From contig OX597830.1 in NCBI GenBank assembly GCA_951406725.2, positions 61,070,001 through 61,134,000 of the forward strand: a stretch of 64,000 bases of DNA, read 5' to 3'. The first letter of the stretch is position 1; the number at the start of each line of letters is the position of its first letter. The notes under the pieces were generated by a model. It searched no databases. It worked only from the letters and a program-made list of their open reading frames with translations, and had not been told where the DNA came from. Made by a program: the position numbers and the translations under genes. Shown piece by piece: positions 1-14,510 of the stretch. The stretch is from Octopus vulgaris. Lineage: Eukaryota.

Positions 1-7
1 TTATTAT

Positions 8-205
8 TAAGGTTGCAAGCTGTCAGAAGCGTTCGCACACTGGAAAAAGTATTTAGCGGCATTTCTTCCGGCTTTACCCTCTGAGTTCAAATGTTGCCGA
101 GGTCAATATGCCTTTCAACCTTTTAGGGTCGAGAAAATAAGTACCAGTTGAGCACTGGGGCTGATGTAATCAACTTATCCCCTTCCCCCAAATTGCTGGC
201 CTTTC
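8..205 (+). mobile_element. Diverged SINE family A copy (tRNA-like head, central gcctttcatcctttcggggtcgataaa domain)
   Basis: ctgagttcaaatgttgccgaggtcaatatgcctttcaaccttttagggtcgagaaaataagtaccag matches the family consensus seen at 43431-43660. Confidence 0.75.
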
Positions 206-238
206 GCCAAAGTCATTATCATAATAATAATAGTAGTA

Positions 239-293
<55 letters not shown>

Positions 294-384
294 TAATAAT
301 AATAATAATAATAATGATAATAATAAAAAGAAAAATAATGATAATAATAATTATAAGAACATGCTCTTCGTCCCCTTATAGAAC

Positions 385-1342
385 TATCCCGGGAGATCTG
401 CAAAGATCTCCACCTCTATATTGCCGACGTCGACTCATTCGACACAGTCGTCCACTCATCTCTCTGGATAATTCTCAAGCTCTTCGACACGCCTCCCAAG
501 ATTATTTCCCTGTTACAAAGGCACTATAGCAGTGCCGAGAGCTGCGTACGGGCGAAGGAGAAGGACTTCAACTGGTTCCTCCTCGATATCTGGGTCAGGC
601 ATGGTTGCATTGCCGTCCCGAGCTCTGCAACTGTGTCATCGATTATTTAATGACCAAGGTCTGTGAGCGAGTCTCTGACGTTATCTTCGGGAACTACCAC
701 TTTACCGACCTGGAGTATGCAAACGATTCTATCTTATTTAGCAACTCGATCAACCAACTCAGAGACACACTGCCTGCCTGAGATCCTTGTTGTGACTTGA
801 CAGACTACAAATTCCTGGTAGACACAATATCTTCAATCAACAACATCACGATATTGGATGTTAATAATAATAACCTTTTCTACTCTAGGTACAAGACCCG
901 AAATTTATTGACACCGAAAGGATGAATGGCAAAGTCAACCTCGGCGTAATTTGAACTCAGAACATAAAGACAGACGAAATACGTATTTCTTTACTACCCA
1001 CAAGGGGCTAAACACAGAGGGGACAAACAAGGACAGACAAACGGATTAAGTCGATTACATTGACCCCAGTGCGTAACTGGTACTTAATTTATTGACCCCG
1101 AAAGGATGAAAGGCAAAGTCGGCCTCGAAATACGGCTACCAAGAGGAATAATCAAAGCAGGTAAGTTGGGCGAAGACCAAGATGATGCATGTTGGTAATG
1201 GCTCGGCCCCTCCCCCCTCTCCATATTAGCACAGACGTTGCGGATTTCGTCAGCTCCTTCATCTACCTGAGCTCCACAGTCACCAATAATGGAAATCTGA
1301 CCACGGAAATGAAACACAGATTGTGGTCTGGTTACTGTGGTC

Positions 1343-1345
<3 letters not shown>
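385..1345 (+). pseudogene. Decayed RTE-clade LINE reverse transcriptase fragment, interrupted at ~778-1140
   Basis: Manual translation gives DSFDTVVHSSLWIIL, VRHGCIAVP, IDYLM and TDLEYAND (YADD-like), then FVSSFIYLSSTVTNNGNLTTEMKHR after the interruption; frameshifted. Confidence 0.75.
778..1140. repeat. Local duplicate of 3685-4085 (R4-like LINE 3' tail + (AAT)n + SINE A dimer)
   Basis: Shares the same order of parts and private variants (gaatggcaaagtcaacc, aacataaagacagac, gtcggcctcg) with 3685-4085. Confidence 0.85.
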
Positions 1346-1440
<95 letters not shown>

Positions 1441-1452
1441 TGTATGTATGTA

Positions 1453-1488
<36 letters not shown>

Positions 1489-1490
1489 TT

Positions 1491-1524
<34 letters not shown>

Positions 1525-1768
1525 AATATATAAGATCCAAAGATCGAGGCATAGGTAAAAAGTTAGCTTCAAGCAGTCCGTAGTAAATATAATAAAACAA
1601 CTTTCAAGGACAATAGTGATTTATTGAGACGGAAGGTCGTAGATCTTTTTTCGTATCGAAGTACGATAAACTGAAAAAAAGTTCCTTTTTATATTTCACG
1701 GTAGGCGACCAGGGTTGGCAGGTATGCGAATAAGAATACAAGATCAGGGTTACATATGTTTCATAGAT

Positions 1769-2178
1769 AGGCGTAGGAGTGGCTGTGTGGTAAGTAGCTT
1801 GCTTACCAACCACATGGTTCCGGGTTCAGTCCCACTGCGTGGCACCTTGGGCAAGTGTTTTCTACTATAGCCTCGGGCCGACCAAAGCCTTGCGAGTGGA
1901 TTTGGTAGACGGAAACTGAAAGAAGCCTGTCGTATATATGTATATGTATATGTATGTGTGTGTGTTTGTGTGTCTGTGCTTGACCCTCCACCCCAACATC
2001 ACTTGACAACCAATGCTGGTGTATTTACGTCCCCGTAACTTAGCGGTTCGGAAAAAGAGACCGATAGAATAAGTACTGGGCTTACAAAGAATGAGACCTA
2101 GGGTCGATTTCCTCGACTAAAGGCGGGGCTCCAGCATGGCCGCAGTGAAATGACTGAAACAAGTAAAAGAGTAAAAGC
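1769..2178 (+). mobile_element. SINE family B, full length (tRNA-like head, CORE-like accttgggcaagt, internal (TG)n, gagtaaaa tail)
   Basis: A box tggctgtgtgg and B box gggttcagtcc; more than 10 related copies in the window. Confidence 0.85.
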
Positions 2179-2349
2179 GCAAGTGGAACCTTGAAAGTGG
2201 TAAAAATTCAAGCGAGATGTAAACTCCAGGCCGAGGACACCTTAATTAAATGAAAGTTTACATTGTCGAATGCAACTTCGATATTTACCTCTTCCGAGGT
2301 TCCACTGGCTATGAAACATATGTAGCCTGGATCTTGTCTACTCCGTTCC

Positions 2350-2406
<57 letters not shown>

Positions 2407-2500
2407 AATGAGAAAATAAAGAAAATGGAGAAAATCACTTACAGATGTTATATAAAAACACTCAAATTCACACAGAGAAATTCCTGCCTATAGCTGTTAA

Positions 2501-2670
2501 AGCCACTACACGCTTTTTTTTTCTCTCCTTGTTTTTTCTGTGTCCCTTTCTGTAGAAGAGCGTAGGCTCGAACGTAAAAGACTTTTTCTATTCCTGAGCG
2601 TTATACTAACACATCTGTTTGTTTTGTGCACCACCTGTCTTCGTCTTTTGTTTTTTTCGTAAACTCTCCC
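2501..2670 (+). mobile_element. Short non-coding element with hammerhead-like motif at 2546-2580 (GAAA shortened to GAA)
   Basis: cttt-CTGTAGA-a-gagc gtag gctc-GAA-cg-TA-aaag; homologous to 20376-20580, 45625-45838 and 62254-62446. Confidence 0.7.
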
Positions 2671-2714
2671 AATATATATATATATTGATTGATTGATTGA
2701 TTGATTGAATCTTC

Positions 2715-3765
2715 CACGTGTTAACGTGCCTCCTTGCGACAATGTAAACTTTCATTTAACCAAGATATCCTTGGCCTGAAGAGTGCATCAACAGTGAAGG
2801 AAGAAACGTGGCGGAATATCTGGTAAACAGTAAACAAGATCTGCAACGGTATGCTGCTACTGCAGAAGGATTTACCAAAAATGGACTTGAGAGTGCTCAT
2901 GAATTCCGATTACAAATAGCCAACGAGAGAGAAGAAATCTTACTTCGCATGGAATTAAAAGTGAGTTCCACCGTGAAAATAACAGCTTAAAGACCAGGAA
3001 GCATCATGGTGGTGGCTCAGCAATGGTGACTCCAAAAGGAAAACTGAAAGCCTAATAATCGCTGCCTAGGATCAGGCATTGATTACCAACTCAGTGAAAA
3101 GGGATATATACCACACAAGTGCAACGGATCTCTGCAGAATGTTTGGGAAGAGGGTCGAAAGCGTGACTCACATTGTTAGTGCTCGTAAAAGTCTTGCGCA
3201 GAAAGAGAACGAGTGAAACCCCAAACTTTCACTAGCTCCTATGCCGGAAGTGTGGATACGAGGTAACGGGTGCTTGGTACCAACATACATCGGAAAAGGT
3301 AATGGGCAAAAAGGGGAAGGCAAAATTCCTATTTGACAGATAAGATGTCAGAGCACACCGAAGGCAGGATATAGTAACCTTTAGAAGGGACAAACAAAAG
3401 TACCTAATAATCCACGTGGCAATGCCAGAATATCAACATATTATTATGAAAAAAGAGAAAAGATTGATAAATATCGAGACCTGAGAATTGAGATCGCTAA
3501 GATGTGGCGACAACGCGAGTCAAACGTAAATGTCCCTATTGTCAGTGGAGCACTGAGCTCAATACCACCCAATCTGAAAAGGAAAAACAGCTGAAAACCT
3601 TAGAAATATTTTACGATCTATGCGTATTGCAAAAATCGGTATTACTTGGAACTGCAAGCATATTGCGTAAAGTACTGTCTGTCAGAGGTCCTTGCTGTGA
3701 CTTGACAGGCAGCACAAACTCCTGGTAGACACAATATCTTCAATCAACAACATCACGATATTGGA
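2715..3765 (+). pseudogene. Decayed R4/Dong-like RLE LINE 3' half ending in (AAT)n
   Basis: KTESLIIAA*DQAL, CRMFGKRVESVTHIVSA (zinc knuckle remnant) and LLGTASILRKVLS parallel the intact ORF at 37802-40186. Confidence 0.8.
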
Positions 3766-3785
3766 TAATAATAATAATAATAATA

Positions 3786-4695
<910 letters not shown>

Positions 4696-5157
4696 AAAGC
4701 TTTGTTTATTTACCACATGGGTTCGTAGAGAAGTAAAAATTCGTTGAAGTACTTAGAAATACGTGTGCGATGAGGACAACTGTAGTTTTATAGAGACGAA
4801 GGGAGGGATGAAAAATGCTTTACAATTAAAGACAAATTAAAAATTTATATAATAGGTAATTACCCAGTCATAAATGAAATGCACAATAAAACATACAATA
4901 ACTAGAACAAGGTATAATTAAAAGGAAATAAAACATGAAAATTGGATTGGGCTCTCGTACATATATGGCGGAGAAAGCTACAACTGGTTAGTTTTCTTGC
5001 TATCTGCTGTTAGAGTTATCGTCTGGCGTTGCTTATTTGCTGTTTCGTGCTTCCGAAGTCACTCGTTAAAATCTATTTTATTTGATTGGGGAAGACAACA
5101 ACCCATGTTTTCAGAGTAAGACTGTTTCAATTTGTTGTAGTGGCTTTTTATGAATTT

Positions 5158-5508
5158 TCCCACTGCGTGGCACCTTGGGCAGGTGTCTTCTACTATAGCC
5201 TCGGGCCGACCAAAGCCTTGTGAGTGGATTTGGTAGACGGAAACTGAAAGAAGCCCGTCGTATATACGTATATATATATAAATGCGTGTGTGTGTTTGTG
5301 TGTCTGTGTTTGTCCCCCTAGCATTGCTTGACAACCGATGCTGGTGTGTTTGTGTCCCCGTTACTTAGCGGTTCGGCAAAAGAGACCGATAGAATAAGTA
5401 CTGGGCTTACAAAAGAATAAGTCCCGGGGTCGAGTTGCTCGATTAAAGGCGGTGCTCCAGCATGGCCGCAGTCAAATGACTGAAGCAAGTAAAAGAGTAA
5501 AGAGTAAA
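5158..5508 (+). mobile_element. SINE family B, 5'-truncated
   Basis: Near-identical to 1830-2178. Confidence 0.85.
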
Positions 5509-7089
5509 GCCTGTCCTTCCCGTGTCCTCTATATTCCAACCTCAGCTGCCATTTTTACATTACTGGAATACGTGATTTTGTCTATTAGCTGTTGTTTTGA
5601 TTTTCGAAAGGAACGTTGAATCTCGGTTGATCGTCCATTTCTTTACAATCTTCATTATTTCTCCGAGATAGAGATTCATTTGTTGTTTTGAGAAAGTTGT
5701 CCCTCCTCACCCGATTTAGTTTCTTTTGATCTTTTGTGACTTCTTTTTGTTTTCTTTTGTACCTTCCCCAACTGTTTGGACACTTTCTTCTGCACCATTA
5801 TAACTTCTTTGTAACAGAATGAGGGAACGATGCTACTGGTTTATATTATTAATGGACGAACGGCAGTTTGTTCGCTTGTTTTAAGGACTGAGTACGAAGC
5901 GATCTCTGTCATTTCCAGATCCCTGACTGATTGTGCCCCGGAAACTGAGGTTTGCTACACTTGTTGCTGCATTTGATGGCCTCACCTCCTTTGTTATTTT
6001 GTTTTCTTCACTATTGCTTCTAGTTCTTTCAATCAAAAGTCCCCGAGATAACTCTTATTACACGTGTAGCAACTAGGCTCTTTGTTTTCCATCACCTATC
6101 TAATGCTTTTTGTCTTAGTGCTTTTACCTGGGCACAGATCCAGTACGATCTTCTAGCCTTTGAGGCTCCTTAGAACTCGCAAATACATTTTGATACCATT
6201 TGGTTACAAGTCATCTTGCTCGTTATGCTATAAAAAGTGACTACTACCCACATATTCACATCGTTTTAATATCCCTTATCGTCGCTCATGTATTTTTCTG
6301 TTCTATATACTGGAACACCGGTTTATGGATTATGGATTATCTAACAACTTTTCATCCGGTGTTTTGACGGAGTCTTCCTTCTTGAAAGTGCTACAGACTG
6401 TTTATACCATGAATTTATCTTTTCCATTGAGAGAACTTTTGAAATTTCATACTCCTTTTTTTTAAAAAGTCGGGATATATAATTTTTCTTTGCTCTTTCT
6501 TTTAGAGTCTTCAGCAAAGACGTAGATTCTCACAACTAAGTTTTCTCGAGATTTCTGTAAAATCTAAAAATTCCGTTTCTCTCTTGACAAAGACAGGACT
6601 GTCTTTAACACAGTTCTATATGAACGAACTAACATGCTTGTTTCAGTGCGAGTATTGTTGTTGCTGTTACCGTTATTTTCAAAGCTGCCCGTTAGACTGT
6701 TCAAAATATTTTCTTCTATTAATTGTTCATTAAAAAGTTCATTATTTCCTCTTTTTGTTAATTTTGTGGTACCATTTGTTTCTAACCCGTCTTTTTCGAC
6801 TTCTTTGCTTTTGTATTATTTTCTTTGTATGACGTGCGTATCTGTCAGATATTTTGATGTGAAGTGTGGTGAAAATGTGGAAGCAAATAAAATAAAGTCT
6901 GTAAAAACAAACGTTTATTTGTCTAACCACATGTATCGGGACGGGCTATCCTTTTTGGCAAGTACCCCGAAATATTTTCATTTGGTAATGATTGAAGAAA
7001 GTCGTGTTTCGGAGAGAGAAGAAAAATATGTGTTCACGCTTCGAGAGTCAATAATAATAATAATCATAATGATGATGGTGATGATGATG

Positions 7090-7121
<32 letters not shown>

Positions 7122-7529
7122 AGTAATAATAATAATAATTATTATTATAATTACTATTATTATAATGACGATTATGGTAATGATGATAACGACGATCACG
7201 ATAATGAAAATAAGACAGGACTCTCTCCCGATCTTAGCTTTTGTTTTTGATGTTTTTATCGAATATGCATCGGTTAAAAGAAATAATATTTATAGAAAAA
7301 TAACGTCATCCTCAAGAGCTGCTTAACGCAGATTATACTCTCAGCGTACAAAGATAATATGCACGCCTCTCACCTCACGTCTTCTCTCTTCTATCGCAGC
7401 CCTCATAATAGGGTCTTAGGAAGTGGGGCGAAAGGTAAAAGCAGAACTAAGGCCGAATAAGGGTCAGAAAACGTGGTCAAAATTACACCAAAATTCCAGG
7501 GACGTTTGGACTTACATGTATAATTATTT

Positions 7530-8240
7530 ATGTCTTTTATCTTTTACTTGCTTCCGTCATTGGACTGCGGCCATGCTGGGGCACCGACGTGAAACGTTTA
7601 GTCGAACGAATCGATCCTAGTACTTAAATTTAAGTCTGCTAATTATTCTATCCGGTACTTTTACTGAACCGCTAATTAGGGAGTGTCGGTCCCCGCCACC
7701 ACTTGACAATAGGTGTTGGTTGGATACGCCCCTGTTATCTCGCGGTTCGGCAAAACAGCGATAGAATAAGTATCAACATTTAAAAAATAAGCTTTGGGGT
7801 TGATTTAGTCGATTAAAATTTAAGGCGGTGCTTCAGCATGGTCGCAGTCTAATGATTGAAAAACACACACACACACATAAACACAGTTCGAATAAACAGA
7901 AAACAAAAGACGAACAAAAGACGAATACAAGCAGCTGTATTAGTTTGACGCTCGAGAAGTCTTTGACGTTTCGTGTCTACGCTCTTCGAAAGTTGTGTGT
8001 TTTTGCGTGTGTGTGGTGAAGATATTGGATATATATATATATAATTCTTTTACCTGTTTCAGTCATTTGACTGCGGTCATGCCGGAGTACCGCCTGTAGT
8101 CGAACGAATCAAACCCAGGACTTATTCTTTGTAAGCCTGGTACTTATTCTATTGGTTCTCTTTTGCCGAACCGCTAAGTTTCGGTGACGTAGATACACCA
8201 ACATTGGTTGGGAAGCAAGCTTCTTACCACACAGTCACGA
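7530..8240. mobile_element. Cluster of SINE B fragments (both strands) plus a truncated hammerhead-element fragment at ~7885-7990 (-)
   Basis: Family B motifs gactgcggccatgctgg and gaaccgctaagtt; minus strand tcgaagagc gtag acac GAAA cg TC aaag at 7961-7990. Confidence 0.7.
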
Positions 8241-8551
8241 TATATATCCTTTATGTGAAACGTTTTTGAGTGCATTCATAAAAAGCCCCTATGATATTTA
8301 TTCCGGCAACCAGTAATTATTTTCATCTTCCAGAGTAATTTTATGGGATGGCTATCAGCCTGGTGCCGGCATAGCGCAGGATAAATATAGTAATAACGAG
8401 AACTTTACCGCAGTGTTTGGAAGTAACGTGTGTAGCGTGTGTTCGTCGCATTGACCATGACAGATAAAGTTGGGTTGGAACTGTAGTCTCCGAATCAGAT
8501 TTCTCCCTTCTGGTTTGAGAAGCCTAATTTCACAAGATTGGTATTTAAGCA

Positions 8552-8642
8552 GTATGTATGTATGTATGTATGTATGTATGTATGTATGTATGTATGTATG
8601 TTTGTATGTATGTATGTATGTATGTATGTATGTATGTATGTA

Positions 8643-8677
<35 letters not shown>

Positions 8678-8712
8678 ATGTGTGTGTGTGTGTGTATGTG
8701 TGTGTGTGTGTG

Positions 8713-8748
<36 letters not shown>

Positions 8749-8772
8749 TGTATGTATGTATGTATGTATGTA

Positions 8773-8803
<31 letters not shown>

Positions 8804-8872
8804 ATGTATGTGTGTGTGTGTATGTATGTATGTGTGTGTGTGTATGTATGTATGTATGTATGTATGTATGTA

Positions 8873-8907
<35 letters not shown>

Positions 8908-9015
8908 ATGTGTGTGTGTGTGTATGTATGTATGTGTGTGTGTATGTATGTATGTATGTATGTATGTATGTATGTATGTATGTATGTATGTATATACATT
9001 CATATGTGTGTGTAT
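8552..9015. repeat. (TATG)n/(TG)n compound microsatellite
   Basis: Directly visible. Confidence 0.95.
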
Positions 9016-9635
9016 TTGTATAGAAAATAATCAAAAAGAGAATGGCTCTACGCAATTCTCTTTAGAATTATTTTATTAAACGATTTCCAAATAAATTTTA
9101 AGGTAGATAATCTATATGTTAATCTAATTCTTTAAATTTGGTTTCTTCGACGGACGAGAGCTGTCGTTGTAATTGTTTAATCTCACTTTGTACTGGCAGA
9201 TATAGAGAACAGGTAAATGTTAAAAGACCCCCCCCCCCTAACAATTCGGTAGACAAAGTGCATGTAACATAAGTGTGAATGCAGGTGATTTCAAACGACT
9301 TTACATGGGGATGGTATAGATTTTAAGAATTCAGAGGATTAAGGTGTCCAGCAAAAATCTCACTGTTTCAAAAACAAAACAAAGGGATTAAAATTTACGG
9401 TATCATAAGGCTTTGAAGCACTCAAACGGAGAGCGTAATGCGGTCGTGCAAACTCGTAAACGCTCGTCTCAGTATTTCTTTGATTCATTCAGTCGCATTA
9501 AATAGTCAAATATGAAATTATTGATTATTCATGAGGTCGTCGGAAGCTTACCTCTGCTGTTTATCGCTCACCAAACACTGAACACAATCTAATATCGAAT
9601 GTCTACAATTACTGTTGGAATATTAGAAATCACCA

Positions 9636-9845
9636 AGGCGGCGAGTTGGCAGAATCGTTACCGCGCCAGGCAAAATGCTTAGCAGCAGTCCATCCGTCTT
9701 TACGTTCTGAGTTCAAATGCCGCCAGGGTCGACCTTGCCTTTCATCCTTCTCGGGTTCCATAAAAATCAGTACCAGTTGAACTCTGGGCGCGATTTAAGC
9801 GACTCAGTCCCTCCTTCAAACTTTGTGCTAAAATTTGAAACCAAT
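9636..9845 (+). mobile_element. Diverged SINE family A copy
   Basis: aaggcggcgagttggcagaatcgttac head; gccttgcctttcatccttc-type central domain. Confidence 0.8.
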
Positions 9846-10573
9846 ATTAGTAACCAGCGCCAGATTACAGAAAATAGGATGTAAAATAGTCCTGTCCTAC
9901 TCGAAAGTTAGAACATAATTTGGACATTAAAGTCGTTTTCAGTTGATGTCCAGGACTGTCAGAGCCCGGATGAACAGGGTAGTAGACACTTATTTTAAAG
10001 ACTGGCCATCAATACTTAACTCTCAAATAAGTATAACCGCAGAATTAAAGAGTATTTGAGCTTCATTTACTTCCACAGGAAAAGTCAACAGCGATAGACC
10101 ATCGTTGTATCCAGGGGAAAACTTATCTTTTTTGTACTTAGTGTTACAAGATCGAAGATTAGAATAATCCCCAATGACTATTATGATTTGTAAACGAATT
10201 AGTTAACTATCAGTTAGTGATAGCTAAATGAACTTCATTAGTTAGACGATAATTATCTTGCTTAAAGCAATGAGTGTATTTCTGCATGCATCGTTTATTA
10301 GATTGGTGGATTATATTTCTCCATTTTCTCAGTTTATAATTTGAAATATTACATTTTCCTAACAACATTCACAGAGAAGCGGAATAGACTAAAAAGAGCT
10401 GTTTCTGCCAGCGAACAGCACCATTTAATCTTACACTACTTCATACACTAAAAACGCCATCCAGCTCCTTTCTTATGCATCCTGTACAAAATAAATGGCG
10501 GCCTCAAGCAGAATACGAGTTCGGACATGAATAGCTCAGGTTTCAAGACAATATAAAGAGAAATTCTTCTTAC

Positions 10574-10835
10574 CCGATCGCACTGAACAGTGAATGTGGC
10601 TTCTTGACTCGTAGTAAACCCAGTCAAAGCCTGCTTCCACAGCTAAACGTGCCAGCATCCCATAGCGTGATCGAACTCGATCACTAGTAGTTATGTCCAC
10701 TGCTCGACCCTCGTAGTGAAGTGATGTGGGTGCATGGTGGCCCTGTGTATCCCAAGCTTCAGTCACGCGTAATTTTACTCCAGGCCATTCATTCATGACA
10801 GCAATAGCCAGGGTATTTAGCTTGTCTTTACATCT
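10574..10835 (-). CDS. hh: Hedgehog signalling protein, internal coding exon (exon 2; C-terminal part of the HhN domain)
   Basis: Acceptor ttttttttaccctttcag|AGA; translation [87 protein letters not shown]; donor G|gtaaga; 262 nt, phase 0/1, the same length and boundaries as vertebrate SHH exon 2. Confidence 0.98.
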
Positions 10836-10855
10836 CTGAAAGGGTAAAAAAAAGC

Positions 10856-10877
10856 AATAATAATAATGATGATGATG

Positions 10878-10909
<32 letters not shown>

Positions 10910-10910
10910 G

Positions 10911-10993
<83 letters not shown>
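10856..10993. repeat. (AAT/GAT)n microsatellite just upstream of the hh exon acceptor
   Basis: Directly visible. Confidence 0.95.
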
Positions 10994-10996
<3 letters not shown>

Positions 10997-11051
10997 GTAG
11001 TGGCGCTATGGCTTCTGATCTTAACTGATTGGAAGTGTTATCATGTATGTG

Positions 11052-11180
11052 TAATCGACCCCGAAAGGATGAAAGGCAAAGTCGACCTCGGTGGAATTTG
11101 AACTCAGAACGTAGCGACAGACGAAATACGGCTACGCATTTCGCCCGGCGTGCTAACGTTTCTGCCAGCTCGCCTCCTTA
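11052..11180 (-). mobile_element. SINE family A, 5' half
   Basis: Head and central domain match the consensus. Confidence 0.85.
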
Positions 11181-11689
11181 TGCAAAATAATATACCGCAC
11201 AGGCACAATTCTAAATTACAATAACAAAATGATGAACACATGTCACAAGCACGGATGTACAGCCAGTGGTTGCAGTAGGAATTTACATAACAGCTGAAAT
11301 TACTATGATGAGGGCGATGATAATAGCGACAAACTTAGGCACAAGGGCAGCAATTTTGTGGAGAGGGAGTTAAATGCCTATACTTGAGTGTTACACTATT
11401 TTATCGACCCCGGGATGAATATAAAGCCAAGTTGACCTGGTGGGATTTGATCTTGGAAGATACACCGCATGGCATTTTATCTGACGCTTTAGCGATCGTC
11501 AATCCAGCAACCTAATGATGACGATGATGGTGGTGATGATGATAATGGTTTGTTATTTAGGCAAAGGACAAGCAAATTCAAACAGAGGGTGAGGATTAAT
11601 CGATACCATTGACTTTGATATTAGTCTGGTACTTTATTCTATCGACCCCGAAACGATGAAAGGCAAAGTTGAACCTAGTGCTTATACAA

Positions 11690-12872
11690 CTACTGCTGCA
11701 AGGATTCGGAGAAGGTGGTCTCAAAGTGACAACAACATTTTTATGGAATGTTACTACAGGAGCGAGCCTGGCAAAAGAGGGCACAGAAAAAGAATGCGTA
11801 AAATATAAACAGAGGGGGACATGTTCCTGGCAACAGATTAAAGATTTCTGAAAAAAAAAATTTCAAATCACGAGAAAAAGGTTGTTATTCCAGTTGAAAG
11901 AGATTGTCAACAGACTGAAAGAAGTAAAATATGATTATATAAAGACGACAAAATCGAAGCAGAAATAGAAGAAAGATCAATGAGGAGAAAAGAAGTAGTG
12001 AGAGTGAAAATGAATTTTACTTGATGGAGGTAAAGGAAATTACGGAAGAGAAAAGAAACATACTTCAACAGAATGAGGTGACCAGCTTCGAATGTATATA
12101 AGCAGTATAGAGACTCGTTAAACTATTAGCGAAAATCAAAGTTGTGAATGCAACAGACTTAAATGACCACAAATGTGTACAGTCTCTGTTGCTGTAGACA
12201 TTGACGGAGTCGGAAGTCAAGCAAAGTTCATGGTGGGAATAGAGAGTTGAGAATCAAGCTGAACAGTTCATTAGAGATCTTGGAGGATAAGACAATGAAG
12301 GAAACATAAGGATGAATTCCAAAGAAATCAAAGTATAAGGCACAGAGGCTTTCAGGCTGCTAAAGAGAGAAAATACATAAAGAAAGATCTGGCAAAGTCA
12401 TATACTACATATCAACAACGAATAAATAAATATCAGCAAATCAAAATTTTGAGAAACAACAGAAGGGAATTTTATCAACAGCCGAATAATGAGAATGAAC
12501 ATCAGGAGAATGATATACCAAATGCTGAAGTAGTAAGGAAATTTTGGCTGCAGGATAAGTCGATTAGTCGACTCTGGTGTTCAACTGGTGCTTATTTTAC
12601 CGACTCCGAAAGTCGACCTCCGTGGAATTTGAACCCAGAACATGAAGAGAGACGAAATACTGCTCATCAGTATTGGCTGGCATCTAAGAGAAGGTTAATA
12701 TAATAAAAAAGAAAGATGTTTAAAAAGATACTAAACTGGAAAGCGTCTGGATCCGATGATGTCAAGGCATCCTAGCTTTAAAATCTCACAAGCATACACT
12801 GTACAAACAGTTCTTACAGAGTGTAAGAACAATCATCAACTTGGATGACAAAAGAAAGGACAGTTTAATACA

Positions 12873-12961
<89 letters not shown>

Positions 12962-13700
12962 CGGAGGAAGTCAGTGATTGTAAGCCTATTATATGTTTCA
13001 TTGCTTTGGAAATTGTAACTGGTCTCAAAGCAGATGGTTTGTATATCTGACGAAAGAGAAACTTTTACCAGAAGAGTAAAAAAGGAATCCAGAATGAAAA
13101 CAAAGTGGGATTACTGATTTATTGTGTATGGATTAGAATGATATACAAAATGAAGTGTGGATAAGAAAGAACTTTGCTGTGCGGAAAAGGGAACGAAAAT
13201 ATTAAGCATCTAAGCGAGTGCAGTAAGCTGATACAAAGAAGCATAAACGCCGGTATAACTCTGTTTGTAAAATAATGCATGAAGATGTTAAGCAAGCCTG
13301 TGGATTTGAAGTACCGGAAACACGAACTATTAAGGTGAATGGTAATTACAAGATTATGGTATTTCTCTCTGGAAACTGATCATATTATTGAAGCAAAGAG
13401 ACCGGATATAATCGCGGTACCCACGAATAATCAGTTTTTGCAACTTTATATGATAGCTGAGTGGATATGAAGGAAACTTAGAAAATTGGGAAATATCAGG
13501 GCCTCGCCAGAGAGATGAAGGGAACGTGGTACTACTCGAGTTACCCAGACTGCTGATTAATATTAAAATTGAGACGTGTTGCTGACCCGTAGAGGAAAGC
13601 GATCCCTTTATTCTGCAAGAAATGCAAGAAAGATTTTTGAGATTTGAGGAGACTTGTTGTCACCAAATCTTAGGATAACATTTATATTAACATTTAAATT
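11690..13700 (+). pseudogene. Heavily decayed R4/Dong-like LINE with nested SINE (12548-12660) and (TA)n(GA)n, ending at (AAT)n
   Basis: Remnants NNRREFYQQ, KKILNWKASGSDDV (KxPGPD-like), CKPIICF, ECSKL and IEAKRPDII. Confidence 0.65.
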
Positions 13701-13718
13701 AGCATGTAATAGTTTTTG

Positions 13719-13763
<45 letters not shown>

Positions 13764-13764
13764 T

Positions 13765-13795
<31 letters not shown>

Positions 13796-14244
13796 TAATA
13801 ATAATAAAAATAATAATAGTAATTAGAAGAATAGAAAAATAAGCAGCAAAGATCTAAGAAATTATTGTTTTATTTAGCCATAGAAAAAGATCAGCTTCCG
13901 AGATTACTGAGGTCATTGCCCCTAAAACTACAAAAGAACGCTTGCAAAAAAATCCGTACGTACGAAATATTGATACAATTAAATGTATATAGAATATTTA
14001 ATTGAGAAATTTATTTAAAAATGTCTGAACAAAAGAAGATTCCTGCTAGAAAGGTCACGAATTCTCCATTAACCCTAAACCCTCTCACCTCAACTCACAT
14101 TAAAGAGTCGGTGCATCGCTTACGTCATTCCACTTACTCTCAATCAATTTTAATTACTCATCTTTATTATATCAAAATCAATTTTAAATCCATTTCGGTT
14201 GGGCGCATGCGTCTCGATCATTTTCACACACACATACGCACGCG

Positions 14245-14295
<51 letters not shown>

Positions 14296-14454
14296 ACACA
14301 CACACACACACACACACGTATATAAGGTTGGTGTCCAACCACGTGGTTTCGGGTTTGGTCCCACGGCATCTTGGGTGATTGTCTTCTGCTATAGTCTTAA
14401 GGTAACCAATGCATTATGAGGGAAACATGATGTCCGGAAACTGCAAAAGCTCGT

Positions 14455-14476
14455 CATATGTATGCATACGTACATG

Positions 14477-14510
<34 letters not shown>

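Noticed and set aside
6634-7326. 230-aa plus-strand ORF
   Set aside because: No recognisable domain, and about a third of it is (ATA/ATG)n repeat.
10536-10796. ORF-track boundaries for the hedgehog piece
   Set aside because: Homology and splice signals define 10574-10835; the track's Met is internal and its tail [11 protein letters not shown] is intron.
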